Below are positions 13,001 to 20,653 of a stretch of 42,824 bases of DNA, one piece after another; positions within the stretch are counted from its first letter, which is position 1, and each line of letters begins with the position of its first letter. The notes below the pieces were generated by a model, which was given only the letters and a program-made list of their open reading frames with translations, did no database searches and had not been told where the DNA came from. Where the stretch lies: positions 167,510 to 210,333 of the IMG/VR virus record IMGVR_UViG_2716884767_000001; one strand, 5' to 3'. The stretch is from a virus. The translations under genes and the position numbers were made by a program.

Positions 13001-16000
13001 ATGAGGCAGGTAATATAAATGGAAGACTTCATGTTCAGCATGATGCTCTTAATGAAAATATTTTATATGCGACAAGATATAATGATCAAACAAACGATAA
13101 ACCAATACTAGCAATCACCGAAGCACAGATGACTGGAATGGCAGCAAATGCCTCTGGTCTTGTAATTGGTAATCATAATAGAGATATTCATATTGGTCAA
13201 GTTTTTGATAGTAGTGCTACTGTAGACACTTCTGGTGTAAAAGGAATCCGCATCACAAATCAGGGTAACGTTGGTATTGGAACTAATAATCCAACTGGAG
13301 CACAAGCACTTACGGGTAATAACACAACACTAGCTGTTGGAAATTTAATAGCTGGTAATATTACTGGTACACTCGGATCACCAGGTAGTGATACTCAAGT
13401 TTTATTTAATGATGGTGGTGATGCTGGTGCAGATGCAGGGTTAACATTTAATAAGACCTCAGATAAATTAACCGTTGGTGGTGATGTTAAACTTGGTGGG
13501 ACTTTATTTTTTAATGAAAGTGCAGGTGATGTATCAAAGATAGTAGGAGGTGCGTCAAATTTAGATCTGTATGCTGATTCACTTATTCAATTATATGAAA
13601 GTGATGCTAATAGATTAGGAGTAACATTTGACATTAATCAGAGTGCAACTGATAGAGATGTCAGAATGTACTTCTTGGGTGATAGTGATACTTATTTACA
13701 TAGTCCTGCTAGTGATACTCTTGGATTCACTATCGGTGGAACAGAGAGACTTAGACTTCAAACTGATGCATTAAATATTAAAACAGATGTTCGATATGGA
13801 GCTAATGATAGCACTCTTCTTACTTCACACATCTATGTTCGTGGAACTGGACTCAATAACGATGCTTTCAGACAATGCACCTTAAATGGTTCAGATCAAA
13901 TATCTGGTGGTAATCGTAATAATCGAGGACTTCACTTATTAATTTTTGATGCCACTGATTCTTTAACACTGGACTCTGGAACGACTTATGATACACACGG
14001 AAATGGTACTAATTCAGACAATTTAGCAACTGCCATTGGTGGTATGGATAGAACTAAAATCGGAGTTTTAGTTAGTTATGATGCATTTACTGATAATCTT
14101 ACTGATAATCTTCGTACTGCAGCACAAAAAGTTGGTCTGTTTAAATTGGCAGGAATGGCTACTGGAACTGCAACAAGACACCCATATGCTGCGATATTCA
14201 GAGGAACAAGTGATGATACTGATGCAGAGGTCAATGATGCGATTGAAGTAATACAATCAGATGATGCAGATGCTCCTACTGCGACTATTTCGACTTTTAT
14301 AACAGTTAAAGGAAATGGTGAAAATGCCACAATCACAGGAGCATACTCAGTTAGTGCTCTTGTTGCTCCTGCAGGAGGTTACGAATCACCACTTCTACAA
14401 GGTAAATCATCAACTAACTCAGCATCAACACTAACAATAGGAGCAGGAGTTCATCTTCTACCATCTGGATCGGCTGCAAACGATGGTGATGCAACTGGTG
14501 TAGATCTTGGAGGTTCAAGTAATTATCTAAGACAAATATATGTTCGAAAAATAAATGCTGATTCTGTTGTTGGACCTGTAACAGGAGCAGCGAGTCAATT
14601 AAAAATAACAAATCAGGCAAGTGATGCCACTTGCTTCCCTGTATTTGTTCAAGCTGCCACAGGTGATACTCTAACTCCACATGCTAATACGAGTTTAACT
14701 TTCGACGCAAGTACAGGTCAACTTGGAGCAACAACATTAAAATCTACAGCATCACAAGGAACCGCACCATTTACGGTTACTTCTACAACAACAGTAACTA
14801 ATTTAAGCGCAGATTTATTAGATGGTAGAGATACTTCTAATACAGGTGGTAGTGATGTAGTAATGGTTACTAATAATAGTGGTAATACATCACTTGGGTC
14901 AGGAATATTCACTGCAGGTGTATTAAAAGCAACTGGAAATGCTAATCCAGTAGCAGAGTTTGATAGAGGTAGTGCGAATAATACAAATCTAAACTTAAAA
15001 TATAACGGAACTCATTATGGACAAATAAGTGTTGCCGATAAAGAATTTCAACTAAGTGCTGTTGGTGCGGCCACTACATTTAAAGTCTTTACCAATGGTT
15101 CTTCTAGATTTGAGATTGATGTTAATGGTAATGCGGGTCTTGGAGCAAGACCAAAAACATCAGGAACATTATACACCACGGTTGATCATTTCTTAGTTAT
15201 TGGTGATAATGATACTGGTATTGCACAAGATGGTGATGGACAACTTGAAATATGGGCAAATGATCAAGAAATTGCTAATTTTAATACAAGTAATGTTACG
15301 TTAAGAAAAAACACTACTATTAATGGTAATCTGACTGTCGATGGAACATTAACATATGAAGATGTAACTAATGTAAGCACAACTGGTATTATAACCGCAT
15401 CTGCATTCATAGCCACAGGTGCAACAGTCGATTCTGGCACTGAGAATGATCCAACTAATGTTGCGATGATGCTTGAAGTAAATGATTACATTTATTCAAA
15501 TGATAGTGTAAACAGTAAAAGAAAAATAATTGGAAAGAGTAGAACAACAAATCCAACTTTTGAAACAATTGAGATTGGTCAAACTGGCACCGCATTAATT
15601 GATCAGATATCAATAAGACCAGGTAATGCTGGTGATTTTAGAGTTGTAACTGGTGGTGCTACAGGACATCCTGGAAGTCATACAGCAGTTCGAGTGAGTG
15701 CTGGTGGCACACTTTCAGTAAGAGACATTGATCCAAAAGATGTTCACTTTGAGGTTAAAAGTGATAAGGGAATGTTAATCCGAACAGACACTAATACTGG
15801 TTCTGTGTCGGGTTTGAGTGGTAGTTTACAAGGAGCAAAATTACTCTTCAGTGATCAGGGTAGTGCATCTCAAGTTGGTCATATTGTTTATAAGCATTCT
15901 GATGGTGCAGTTTCACCAAACACTAATGAGGGATTTATAATTGGAGGAAGTGAAACTCTTTCGGTTGTTAAAGTTGATGGTCGTGTACTTGTAGATGAAA

Positions 16001-17010
16001 ATGTTGGTATCGGAACTATAACTCCTCAAACAAACCTCCATATTCTTGCTCCTACTGGTTTACCAATAATACGTTTACAACATAATAGTGCTGGTAATGA
16101 TGTTTTTGACATTTCGAGTGGTATTCCTGGTGTAAGTAATGGTGGATTTGCAATTCGTGACGTTGATGCAAGTTCTAACAGATTAGTTATAGCATCAAAT
16201 GGTGATGTAAAAGTAACATCACGAGGTTCATCCGCCTCAGGTGCACCATTCTACGTTGCTGTAGATGGTAAATCATCTATCACATATGCTGGTGGTAATG
16301 ATGATACTGCTTGTTTAAGAATCGTAGATAATCAAGGTGATAATAATAGTTACTATCACGGACTTGAACTAAGAACAAAAAATAATGGTGATGTTAGACT
16401 TTATGCTCAAGATAAAGGTAGTAATTTAGCTGACTTTGTGCTTGCTACTGATTCTGGAGATGGTAATACTAATGGAATAAAAGAAAGACTTCGTGTCGCA
16501 ACAACGGGAGCAATTTCATTCAACGGTGAAACTAATTATGGTTCATCAGGACAGATACTTAAAAGTAATGGAGATGCTCCTCCAACTTGGATAGATGCAT
16601 CTACCGCAAGCGGTGTTGCCGTTAGTATCAAACAATATAAAGTTGGAACTACTGAAAGAACATGTGGTTCTCCTATAAGTGTTGCGTCTGGTAATGTCAT
16701 TGGAATTGCGTCAACAAGTAATGCTTATGGAGCTCGATATATCAGTACCGAGGCATCTGGTGGAAGTTATTGTGATGGAGATATATGGTATGATACATCA
16801 GATTCAGACCAAGACGAGAACAATGCTACAGGTACAACTACATCGAACATATTTGAAGCAAATAAATTCTTCCAAAACCCAACGTCACTGACACAAACAA
16901 CGACGTTCCCGATTAGTGGATCAAAAAATGGTGGAGTTTTTGGTCCTTATACAATTGCAAATGGTGTCACTCTTACAATCAGTAGTGGTTCAACGTTCAC
17001 AATCATATAG
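7045..17010 (+). CDS. Giant modular tail fibre protein (3321 aa)
   Basis: Same VGIGT/ERLRI linkers. T4 long-fibre-like IGDNDTG..DGDGQL motif near 15200. Putative ILEI/PANDER-like lectin domain at about 13830-14300. C-terminal GPYTIANGVTLTISSGS motif. Confidence 0.85.
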   Translation: MAIKISGSTIIDDSRVIVNADKIGIGQTTPRYDLEIFSTGTPTGIAVSATSTQTTDTNKAISIFNNSSTLAFSASYRGRVDAQEYYGTFKGTIDTGVSIGKADTIDITDDTTGSGTHYIHFGSATDGYDGVEVDSTGLVYKDGKFGIGTNNPTQELTLYGNDPIISVQEASVSSQVDMGTGTVTGFINIQKADGTRTVQITGNGKSYFTGGGLGIGTVDQTNYGGAVKLALYSTGHTGFTIAAGTSSDSNIFFADGITGDATYRGNIKYAHNGDSMRFHTAAEEQLRITSDGFVGIGTDNPATKLDVQDGDITIRNGAEHNAIRTTPDGKLQFLRNAASNNTVSVTIDDANGNVGIGETSPSSKFEIVSGNAASVVSGIKLKNDSTSASGPGSSIDFVVDGVNDVTTAQIIGQRTSANYHQGSLQFLTKDSGGAGLVERLRINSDGDLLRGGTGQDIGASDAKWDNIYANKVYADIEGSITPSGSLTITNDLTVNGNTTLGDATSDTLTINATPVIINDNGLYVKSETNAATDGAQIRFSDISNATQKGFIRYKHPDGSIAPGSNDGFIIGGTETLTVVKVEGRVLVDEKIGIGTDDPRNDLVKINHAGTDTPITALTISGQKITTGGGSGIFLKASSDVLNDDRYGSRIHTIREGTNNGATSLVISNENSDSSRLEERLRITSAGQVGIGTTNPSQMLTVRGTILKTRSDSGLGLIYLQQDGSQNGQIVVNQNGGVTRVKLDSAAESYFNGGKLLVSHTSVLHSGNLQVSAAGGDAIDINSYSTNANNGGRLSFYRSKNASIGSNTVVANGDSLGRIDFRGYNTNGNSYDQGATIEARVDGSVNSSTDMPTAILFKTSNDGSASPDERLRIASDGKVGIGTNLSTTPSSTLTVAPHNSTSGRNISLYTSGSVGNKAGLFFNSTSGTGNLAEIQAEYKGTNEGELVLSTSMQKRITIKKDGEVGINTATVYDTNTMLQVNGKSGAGPNLVLHRNDTTVSAGQVLGALRITGNDSNGTQQESSAIEFVADLDHGTDDKPGRIVFRTTNDGASSATEKVRINSDGDLLRGGTGQDIGASNAKWDNIYANKVYADIEGSITPSGSLTITNDLTVNGNTTLGSDSSDTLTVNANATFNDELEVFGTDASALVHFNGHSRGGIAAFSTQQVAFVSTHVNDDLLFGYSNNPPSGANFVPRMKIDNGTGYVSIGHTSPATKLDVKQNNGVAYDGNAQTVAYGAARFFNESGHVNGGTYTGFQFNITGNSQNRICSIGMISEASNSKASSLVFHTDDNGDRTEKLRIDSSGRLFTGGSTNILDSTVGTLHISGGTSGGRLAFRGTTTSAETGIAEVFAFWDTNKVAGMIAKSGTDTTNKVDGSLHFYTRPDANGLVERLNITSDGQVRIANTDLTTNSSADDLIVGTTSGNRGLTIFSGTGNTGNIFFADTDTSGVGNRMGTITYDHSGNFMRFSTSGNQEKVRITSTGDVGIGTTNPDGRLHVLGNSRFVGITTFTDDIFVGTDGKLLVGTTSGNNANKIHARLANGSIANTSNQSVILAENNTNTWITIGSGASNYGGILFADSGASDVGQVRYDHSGNALEFLTNGGNATNIRLKIDSSGHLLPGGTSQDIGSSSSRWNNIFAANANFSGTVTYESVTDIDAVGVITARDHIKFANSGDGIIFGTEGSSDRPSILGTYAAADDNYISFNTTGDERFRITKDGKFSLGTINATPSAGVHIDIDSNNMLMLDNSTASTQKMFFAQSGGTHAQIYATSASGALTIESDPSNNHTGSFIDFRVDNDEKLRIEAGGDVGIGTHNPGEKLDVNGAIRLRGNNQTTYAAVLKANYDSTHTLSLESYHNSGTAFEVIGTHADGGGTNVRVAIAKDGQKVGIGTVNPVASARLDVWGDGSEYPTLRLGTEAYDTEGEDIRFGRIDHPQSDIRYHSIYSYHHATAANNYLKFSVHKGSVGGNNTLQADIMHLKGDGNVGINEAGNINGRLHVQHDALNENILYATRYNDQTNDKPILAITEAQMTGMAANASGLVIGNHNRDIHIGQVFDSSATVDTSGVKGIRITNQGNVGIGTNNPTGAQALTGNNTTLAVGNLIAGNITGTLGSPGSDTQVLFNDGGDAGADAGLTFNKTSDKLTVGGDVKLGGTLFFNESAGDVSKIVGGASNLDLYADSLIQLYESDANRLGVTFDINQSATDRDVRMYFLGDSDTYLHSPASDTLGFTIGGTERLRLQTDALNIKTDVRYGANDSTLLTSHIYVRGTGLNNDAFRQCTLNGSDQISGGNRNNRGLHLLIFDATDSLTLDSGTTYDTHGNGTNSDNLATAIGGMDRTKIGVLVSYDAFTDNLTDNLRTAAQKVGLFKLAGMATGTATRHPYAAIFRGTSDDTDAEVNDAIEVIQSDDADAPTATISTFITVKGNGENATITGAYSVSALVAPAGGYESPLLQGKSSTNSASTLTIGAGVHLLPSGSAANDGDATGVDLGGSSNYLRQIYVRKINADSVVGPVTGAASQLKITNQASDATCFPVFVQAATGDTLTPHANTSLTFDASTGQLGATTLKSTASQGTAPFTVTSTTTVTNLSADLLDGRDTSNTGGSDVVMVTNNSGNTSLGSGIFTAGVLKATGNANPVAEFDRGSANNTNLNLKYNGTHYGQISVADKEFQLSAVGAATTFKVFTNGSSRFEIDVNGNAGLGARPKTSGTLYTTVDHFLVIGDNDTGIAQDGDGQLEIWANDQEIANFNTSNVTLRKNTTINGNLTVDGTLTYEDVTNVSTTGIITASAFIATGATVDSGTENDPTNVAMMLEVNDYIYSNDSVNSKRKIIGKSRTTNPTFETIEIGQTGTALIDQISIRPGNAGDFRVVTGGATGHPGSHTAVRVSAGGTLSVRDIDPKDVHFEVKSDKGMLIRTDTNTGSVSGLSGSLQGAKLLFSDQGSASQVGHIVYKHSDGAVSPNTNEGFIIGGSETLSVVKVDGRVLVDENVGIGTITPQTNLHILAPTGLPIIRLQHNSAGNDVFDISSGIPGVSNGGFAIRDVDASSNRLVIASNGDVKVTSRGSSASGAPFYVAVDGKSSITYAGGNDDTACLRIVDNQGDNNSYYHGLELRTKNNGDVRLYAQDKGSNLADFVLATDSGDGNTNGIKERLRVATTGAISFNGETNYGSSGQILKSNGDAPPTWIDASTASGVAVSIKQYKVGTTERTCGSPISVASGNVIGIASTSNAYGARYISTEASGGSYCDGDIWYDTSDSDQDENNATGTTTSNIFEANKFFQNPTSLTQTTTFPISGSKNGGVFGPYTIANGVTLTISSGSTFTII
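8368..8546 (+). repeat. Intragenic direct repeat, copy 1 (about 180 bp)
   Basis: Nearly identical to 10219..10397 (INSDGDLLRGGTGQDIGAS.AKWDNIYANKVYADIEGSITPSGSLTITNDLTVNGNTTLG). Confidence 0.95.
10219..10397 (+). repeat. Intragenic direct repeat, copy 2
   Basis: Nearly identical to 8368..8546, offset 1851 bp (in frame); differences mostly synonymous. Confidence 0.95.
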
Positions 17011-17034
17011 CATATATAATATTAGGAGGTTACT

Positions 17035-17445
17035 ATGAGTACACTAGTTACACAAACAATTCAAAGCAACACATCAGGAGCACCAGTATTTAAAAATAGT
17101 TCTGGCACTGAAAAAGGACAACTTGCAACAGCATGGGTGAATCTTAATGGTGCAAATGTTACATCTACTGCTGATATGACAGGAGTAAGAGATAGTTTTA
17201 ATGTAAGTTCGGTAACTGATGATGCTACAGGTAAATATACAGTATCTTTCACTACAGCAATGTCTAATTCTAATTATTGTGTAGTTTCATCTGGTCATTA
17301 TTTTGAAACAACAGTAACAGGTAATGCTAGAGAAGTCGGAGCAAATGTCTTAACTACAACTAGTTATCAGTTAACCGTTAGTTATAATGGATCGAGTACC
17401 CAAGATGCTGAAAATGTTTTTAGTGCAGTTTTTGGTGGGAATTAG
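17035..17445 (+). CDS. Small tail-fibre-associated protein, paralog 1
   Basis: RBS AGGAGG. MSTL...AWVN.NG...DSFNVSSVTD..TG.Y.V.F..AMS..NY motif, paralogous to the next gene. Confidence 0.75.
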   Translation: MSTLVTQTIQSNTSGAPVFKNSSGTEKGQLATAWVNLNGANVTSTADMTGVRDSFNVSSVTDDATGKYTVSFTTAMSNSNYCVVSSGHYFETTVTGNAREVGANVLTTTSYQLTVSYNGSSTQDAENVFSAVFGGN

Positions 17446-17447
17446 TT

Positions 17448-17867
17448 ATGTCAACACTTAAAGTAGGAACCATTCAAGATACAAATGGTAATAATCCATC
17501 AACAGCAGAACAAATTGGACAGGGCAGGGCAAAAGCTTGGGTAAATTTTGATGGAACAGATGAGATTGGTGATAATCTTCTCCAAATAAAAGATTCATTC
17601 AATGTTACTTCAGTTACTGACAGCGCCACTGGTGATTATTTTGTTACTTTTACTAATCAGATGTCTGATAGGAATTACGCAGTAGTGCTTGCTCAAAATC
17701 ATCAAAGTTCCAATACTCGTCAAGTTGGACTTGCAGGAAACGTTGACCACACTGATGGTGATTATACTCCTAGTGGTTTCAGAGTAACAATTGAAACACC
17801 CGACAGTAGTTTTGGTAATGGAAGATCAAATACAAATAGAGTTTGTGCAGCTGTATTTGGAGCTTAA
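17448..17867 (+). CDS. Small tail-fibre-associated protein, paralog 2
   Basis: MSTL...AKAWVNFDG...DSFNVTSVTDSATGDY.V.F..QMS..NY; clear paralog of 17035..17445. Confidence 0.75.
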   Translation: MSTLKVGTIQDTNGNNPSTAEQIGQGRAKAWVNFDGTDEIGDNLLQIKDSFNVTSVTDSATGDYFVTFTNQMSDRNYAVVLAQNHQSSNTRQVGLAGNVDHTDGDYTPSGFRVTIETPDSSFGNGRSNTNRVCAAVFGA

Positions 17868-17870
17868 CTA

Positions 17871-17891
17871 ATGTCAACACTTAATAAATAA
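17871..17891 (+). pseudogene. Start-of-gene relic (MSTLNK*) of a deleted third paralog, merged with late promoter AATAAATA (17883-17890)
   Basis: ATGTCAACACTTAA is identical over 14 nt to the start of 17448 and lies 3 nt after that gene's stop. Confidence 0.5.
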
Positions 17892-17904
17892 AAATAAAAA
17901 AAAA

Positions 17905-18105
17905 ATGGCAAACTCTGATAAAAGAATAATTTACATTCAAGATAATGGTATGGTTGCTGTAATGACTCCTTCAGATAATTGTGGTTTGACTGTTGAGCAG
18001 ATACGGGCAAAAGATGTTCCAGCAGGAAAAACATCATATATAGTAGATAAATCAGAAGTTCCTACTGATCGAAGTTTTAGGAACGCTTGGACTTATACAC
18101 CTTAA
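17905..18105 (+). CDS. Small tail fibre assembly-associated protein (66 aa)
   Basis: KDVPAG..SYIVD.SEVPTDRSFRNAW motif; context between fibre genes. Confidence 0.65.
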   Translation: MANSDKRIIYIQDNGMVAVMTPSDNCGLTVEQIRAKDVPAGKTSYIVDKSEVPTDRSFRNAWTYTP

Positions 18106-18110
18106 CGATT

Positions 18111-18371
18111 ATGGGATTTGGAATTGATATGGCGAAAGCCAAAGAAATACATAAAACAAACATCAGAAATGCAAGGGAATCAAAACTTGTTGCTCTTGAC
18201 GTTGATTTTCAACGTGCACTTGAAGTTGGTGCTGCAACTACATCAATTGTTACCCAAAAACAAGCTTTGAGAGATGCCCCTGCTGCTGCTGGTATAACAA
18301 CAGCAACAACAGCACAAGAACTTAAAGCACAGTGGGATACAAGTATTCTTGGTGATTCACCTTACAATTAG
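18111..18371 (+). CDS. Putative tail fibre assembly chaperone (86 aa)
   Basis: ATG at 18111. IRNARE..L..LD...KQALRDAP...W resembles the phage tail assembly chaperone motif. Confidence 0.65.
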   Translation: MGFGIDMAKAKEIHKTNIRNARESKLVALDVDFQRALEVGAATTSIVTQKQALRDAPAAAGITTATTAQELKAQWDTSILGDSPYN

Positions 18372-18380
18372 GAGGAAGAG

Positions 18381-19745
18381 ATGGTAATAAAGGTAAGAAG
18401 TGGAGGACAATGGTTACCAGTTTCTGGAGGAGGTGGAGAACCTGTTGGTACCATTTTAATGTGGGCAGGAGCATCGAGTAATATTCCTCAAGGTTATAAG
18501 TTATGTGATGGAACTGCATTAAGTAGAACTGAATTTAGTTCACTGTTTGCTGCAATTGGAACTGTTAATGGTGTCGGTGATGGTTCGTCTACATTTAATA
18601 TTCCAGATTTGAGAGATAAGTTTGTGGTTGGTGCCACTGCCAGCACTGGGGATACAGCATATCCAGGTGTTTCTCCTGCTGCAACTGGTGGTGATAAAGA
18701 TGCAGTATTGATTGCACACTCCCATCAAACTCCTACTTATAATGGACAAAGTGGTTCCTTTGAAACAGGATATACTTCAGGTGGTTTTGATTATGGCACT
18801 CAAGCACCTCCTACTGAAAAAACAGCAATTGATGCTAATGGTACTACAACCACTGGTGCTTCTGCTACACAAACAGGAACCAATGCAAACTTACCACCAT
18901 ATTATGCACTTTGTTACCTAATAAAAGTATTTAATACAAGGGCAACAATCGAAGCAGGAGCTGGAGCACCACCAGGACCACCAGGACCACCAGGTGCAGA
19001 TGGTACAGATGGTACTCCAGGTTCTCCTTCGACTGTTGCAGGTCCACCAGGTCCACCAGGATCGTCAGGTAATATCCAAACATTCACTTCACCTGGAACT
19101 TGGAATAAACCAGCATCAGGAACTATTGCAAACGTCTACATGTGGGGAGGCGGAGGCGGTGGTGGAGGTAACTCCACCCTGAATGGTGGTGGTGGTGGTG
19201 GCGGATATGCCGAATACAATATCCCAATGACTAGTTTAGCAACCACGGTAACAGTGACTGTTGGTACTGGTGGTGCAGTAAATAATAATGGTGGAACATC
19301 AACATTTGGTAATAGTAATTATCAAGTTGGTGGTGGTAACGCTGGACACAATGGAACTAATCAGGAAACACACGGATATGGTGGAAATGGTGGAAGTCCA
19401 CGAGGAACAGGTACAGGTGGAGAAAGAGGATTTTATAACTCATCCTTCACTGATGATGGAACACACGTAACAGATAACCGTGCACCAGAGTCTACAGAAA
19501 ATGGACACTCTGGTGGTGGAGGAGGATCTGCGGCTGGTTCAACAGGAACAGGTTCTAATGGTGGTGGTGCTTACATGGCTGGAGGAGGCGGTGGTTCTAG
19601 AAGGTATAATCATCAGAAGTCAGGTGGAACAAGTGTAGGAGGAGGAAATGGAGGTGCGTCTGGTGCAGCTGGAAGTGCTCCAGGTGGAGGAGGAGGAGCG
19701 AGAGCTTCAGGTGCTAGGGGTGAGGTACGGGTTGTAGTTCTTTAA
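18381..19745 (+). CDS. Tail collar domain + collagen-like segment + glycine-rich domain protein (454 aa)
   Basis: RBS AGGAGG. PVGTILMWAG..IPQGYKLCDG..LFAAIG..GDGSSTFNIPDLR (tail collar); HSH; NLPPYYAL; GPPGPPG triplets at about 18967-19070; FTSPGTW.KP..WGGGGGGG polyglycine domain. Confidence 0.85.
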   Translation: MVIKVRSGGQWLPVSGGGGEPVGTILMWAGASSNIPQGYKLCDGTALSRTEFSSLFAAIGTVNGVGDGSSTFNIPDLRDKFVVGATASTGDTAYPGVSPAATGGDKDAVLIAHSHQTPTYNGQSGSFETGYTSGGFDYGTQAPPTEKTAIDANGTTTTGASATQTGTNANLPPYYALCYLIKVFNTRATIEAGAGAPPGPPGPPGADGTDGTPGSPSTVAGPPGPPGSSGNIQTFTSPGTWNKPASGTIANVYMWGGGGGGGGNSTLNGGGGGGGYAEYNIPMTSLATTVTVTVGTGGAVNNNGGTSTFGNSNYQVGGGNAGHNGTNQETHGYGGNGGSPRGTGTGGERGFYNSSFTDDGTHVTDNRAPESTENGHSGGGGGSAAGSTGTGSNGGGAYMAGGGGGSRRYNHQKSGGTSVGGGNGGASGAAGSAPGGGGGARASGARGEVRVVVL

Positions 19746-20094
19746 GAAATATATTATAGTCAATAATATAAAACATACTCTCTTTTATACCCATATTTGT
19801 CATTTTTATAATACGGTGTTTACCATCTATCATTCGATACTTACAGTTATATGGGTTTTGACCTATTGTTAATATTCCTGGAAAATTTATGTTACAAGCA
19901 TTATATCTCTCCTCACAAAGATAAGGATTCATATTTTTTCCTTTATATCCTATATTACTAAACTTTATTAATTTTTTTGATTCTTTTTTTAGAAATGGTT
20001 TTATTTTCTCTAGATGTAATACATATTCTTTTTCATCTATCCTCCAATCACCATAAGTAGGATCAACGTTACACCAGTGTCTTCCAATTAACAT
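19714..20094 (-). CDS. ParB/Srx-like domain protein (126 aa)
   Basis: YRMIDGKHR matches the ParB/sulfiredoxin IDGxHR motif. Fills an otherwise empty gap. Likely ATG at 20094 rather than 20277. Confidence 0.65.
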   Translation of the reverse strand: MLIGRHWCNVDPTYGDWRIDEKEYVLHLEKIKPFLKKESKKLIKFSNIGYKGKNMNPYLCEERYNACNINFPGILTIGQNPYNCKYRMIDGKHRIIKMTNMGIKESMFYIIDYNIFLKELQPVPHP

Positions 20095-20095
20095 T

Positions 20096-20653
20096 ATGTT
20101 TGAGAAAAATTCATACAATATATCTATATTTGATGAGATACTCACTGAGAGTTTCATCAAAGAGTGTATGGATAATGCCGACACAAATGAGTATTCATTC
20201 CAAGATGATTGGATAAACAAACTTGACAACCCTTGTTTCAATGATATAATAAATGTAGCTGAAGAAAAAAATTTCATGAAATTTGATAAGAAGTTGGTTG
20301 ATACTTTATTATCAAAAGTAAAGGAAGTTGTTGGTCATGATAGAGTCGAGTCAAGTGGACACTTCATATATCCTCCAACTGGTTATATGGGATGGCATAC
20401 TAATCATACAAATCCTTGCATACGACTTTATATTACATATGCATCGGAAGATAAAAAATCATTTTTTAGATATCGTGACAGAAAGACGAAAGAGATAATT
20501 ACTGATTATGATGACAAAGGATTTACTATAAGAAAATTTTTTATACCACCAGCAAAAAATGGATATTTCTGGCATTGTGTTGGAAGTATGTGTGATAGAA
20601 TTAGTTTTGGTTTCAGAATTAATCCAGAAAATGAATTTACAAAATACATATGA
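20096..20653 (+). CDS. Cupin/2OG-Fe(II) oxygenase-like protein
   Basis: GYMGWHTN...FWHCVGS..DRISFGF; double-stranded beta-helix type HxN...H...RxS pattern. Confidence 0.6.
   Translation: MFEKNSYNISIFDEILTESFIKECMDNADTNEYSFQDDWINKLDNPCFNDIINVAEEKNFMKFDKKLVDTLLSKVKEVVGHDRVESSGHFIYPPTGYMGWHTNHTNPCIRLYITYASEDKKSFFRYRDRKTKEIITDYDDKGFTIRKFFIPPAKNGYFWHCVGSMCDRISFGFRINPENEFTKYI

Noticed and set aside
842-16891. Many 60-130 aa ORFs on the minus strand and alternate frames within the fibre genes
   Set aside because: Shadow ORFs of long Gly/Thr/Val-rich genes; no RBS or motifs, fully nested.
696-17010. Fibre repeats as a CRISPR array or diversity-generating retroelement
   Set aside because: Repeats are in-frame, degenerate and irregularly spaced. 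No cas or reverse transcriptase gene is present. Differences between the 180-bp copies are mostly synonymous C/T, not adenine-specific.
18081-18111. Programmed -1 frameshift fusing the 66-aa and 86-aa ORFs
   Set aside because: The frames are compatible, but no slippery heptamer is visible in the overlap and the second ORF has its own ATG.
20095-20277. N-terminal extension of the minus-strand ParB-like ORF
   Set aside because: It would overlap the + strand gene antisense; ATG 20094 is more plausible.
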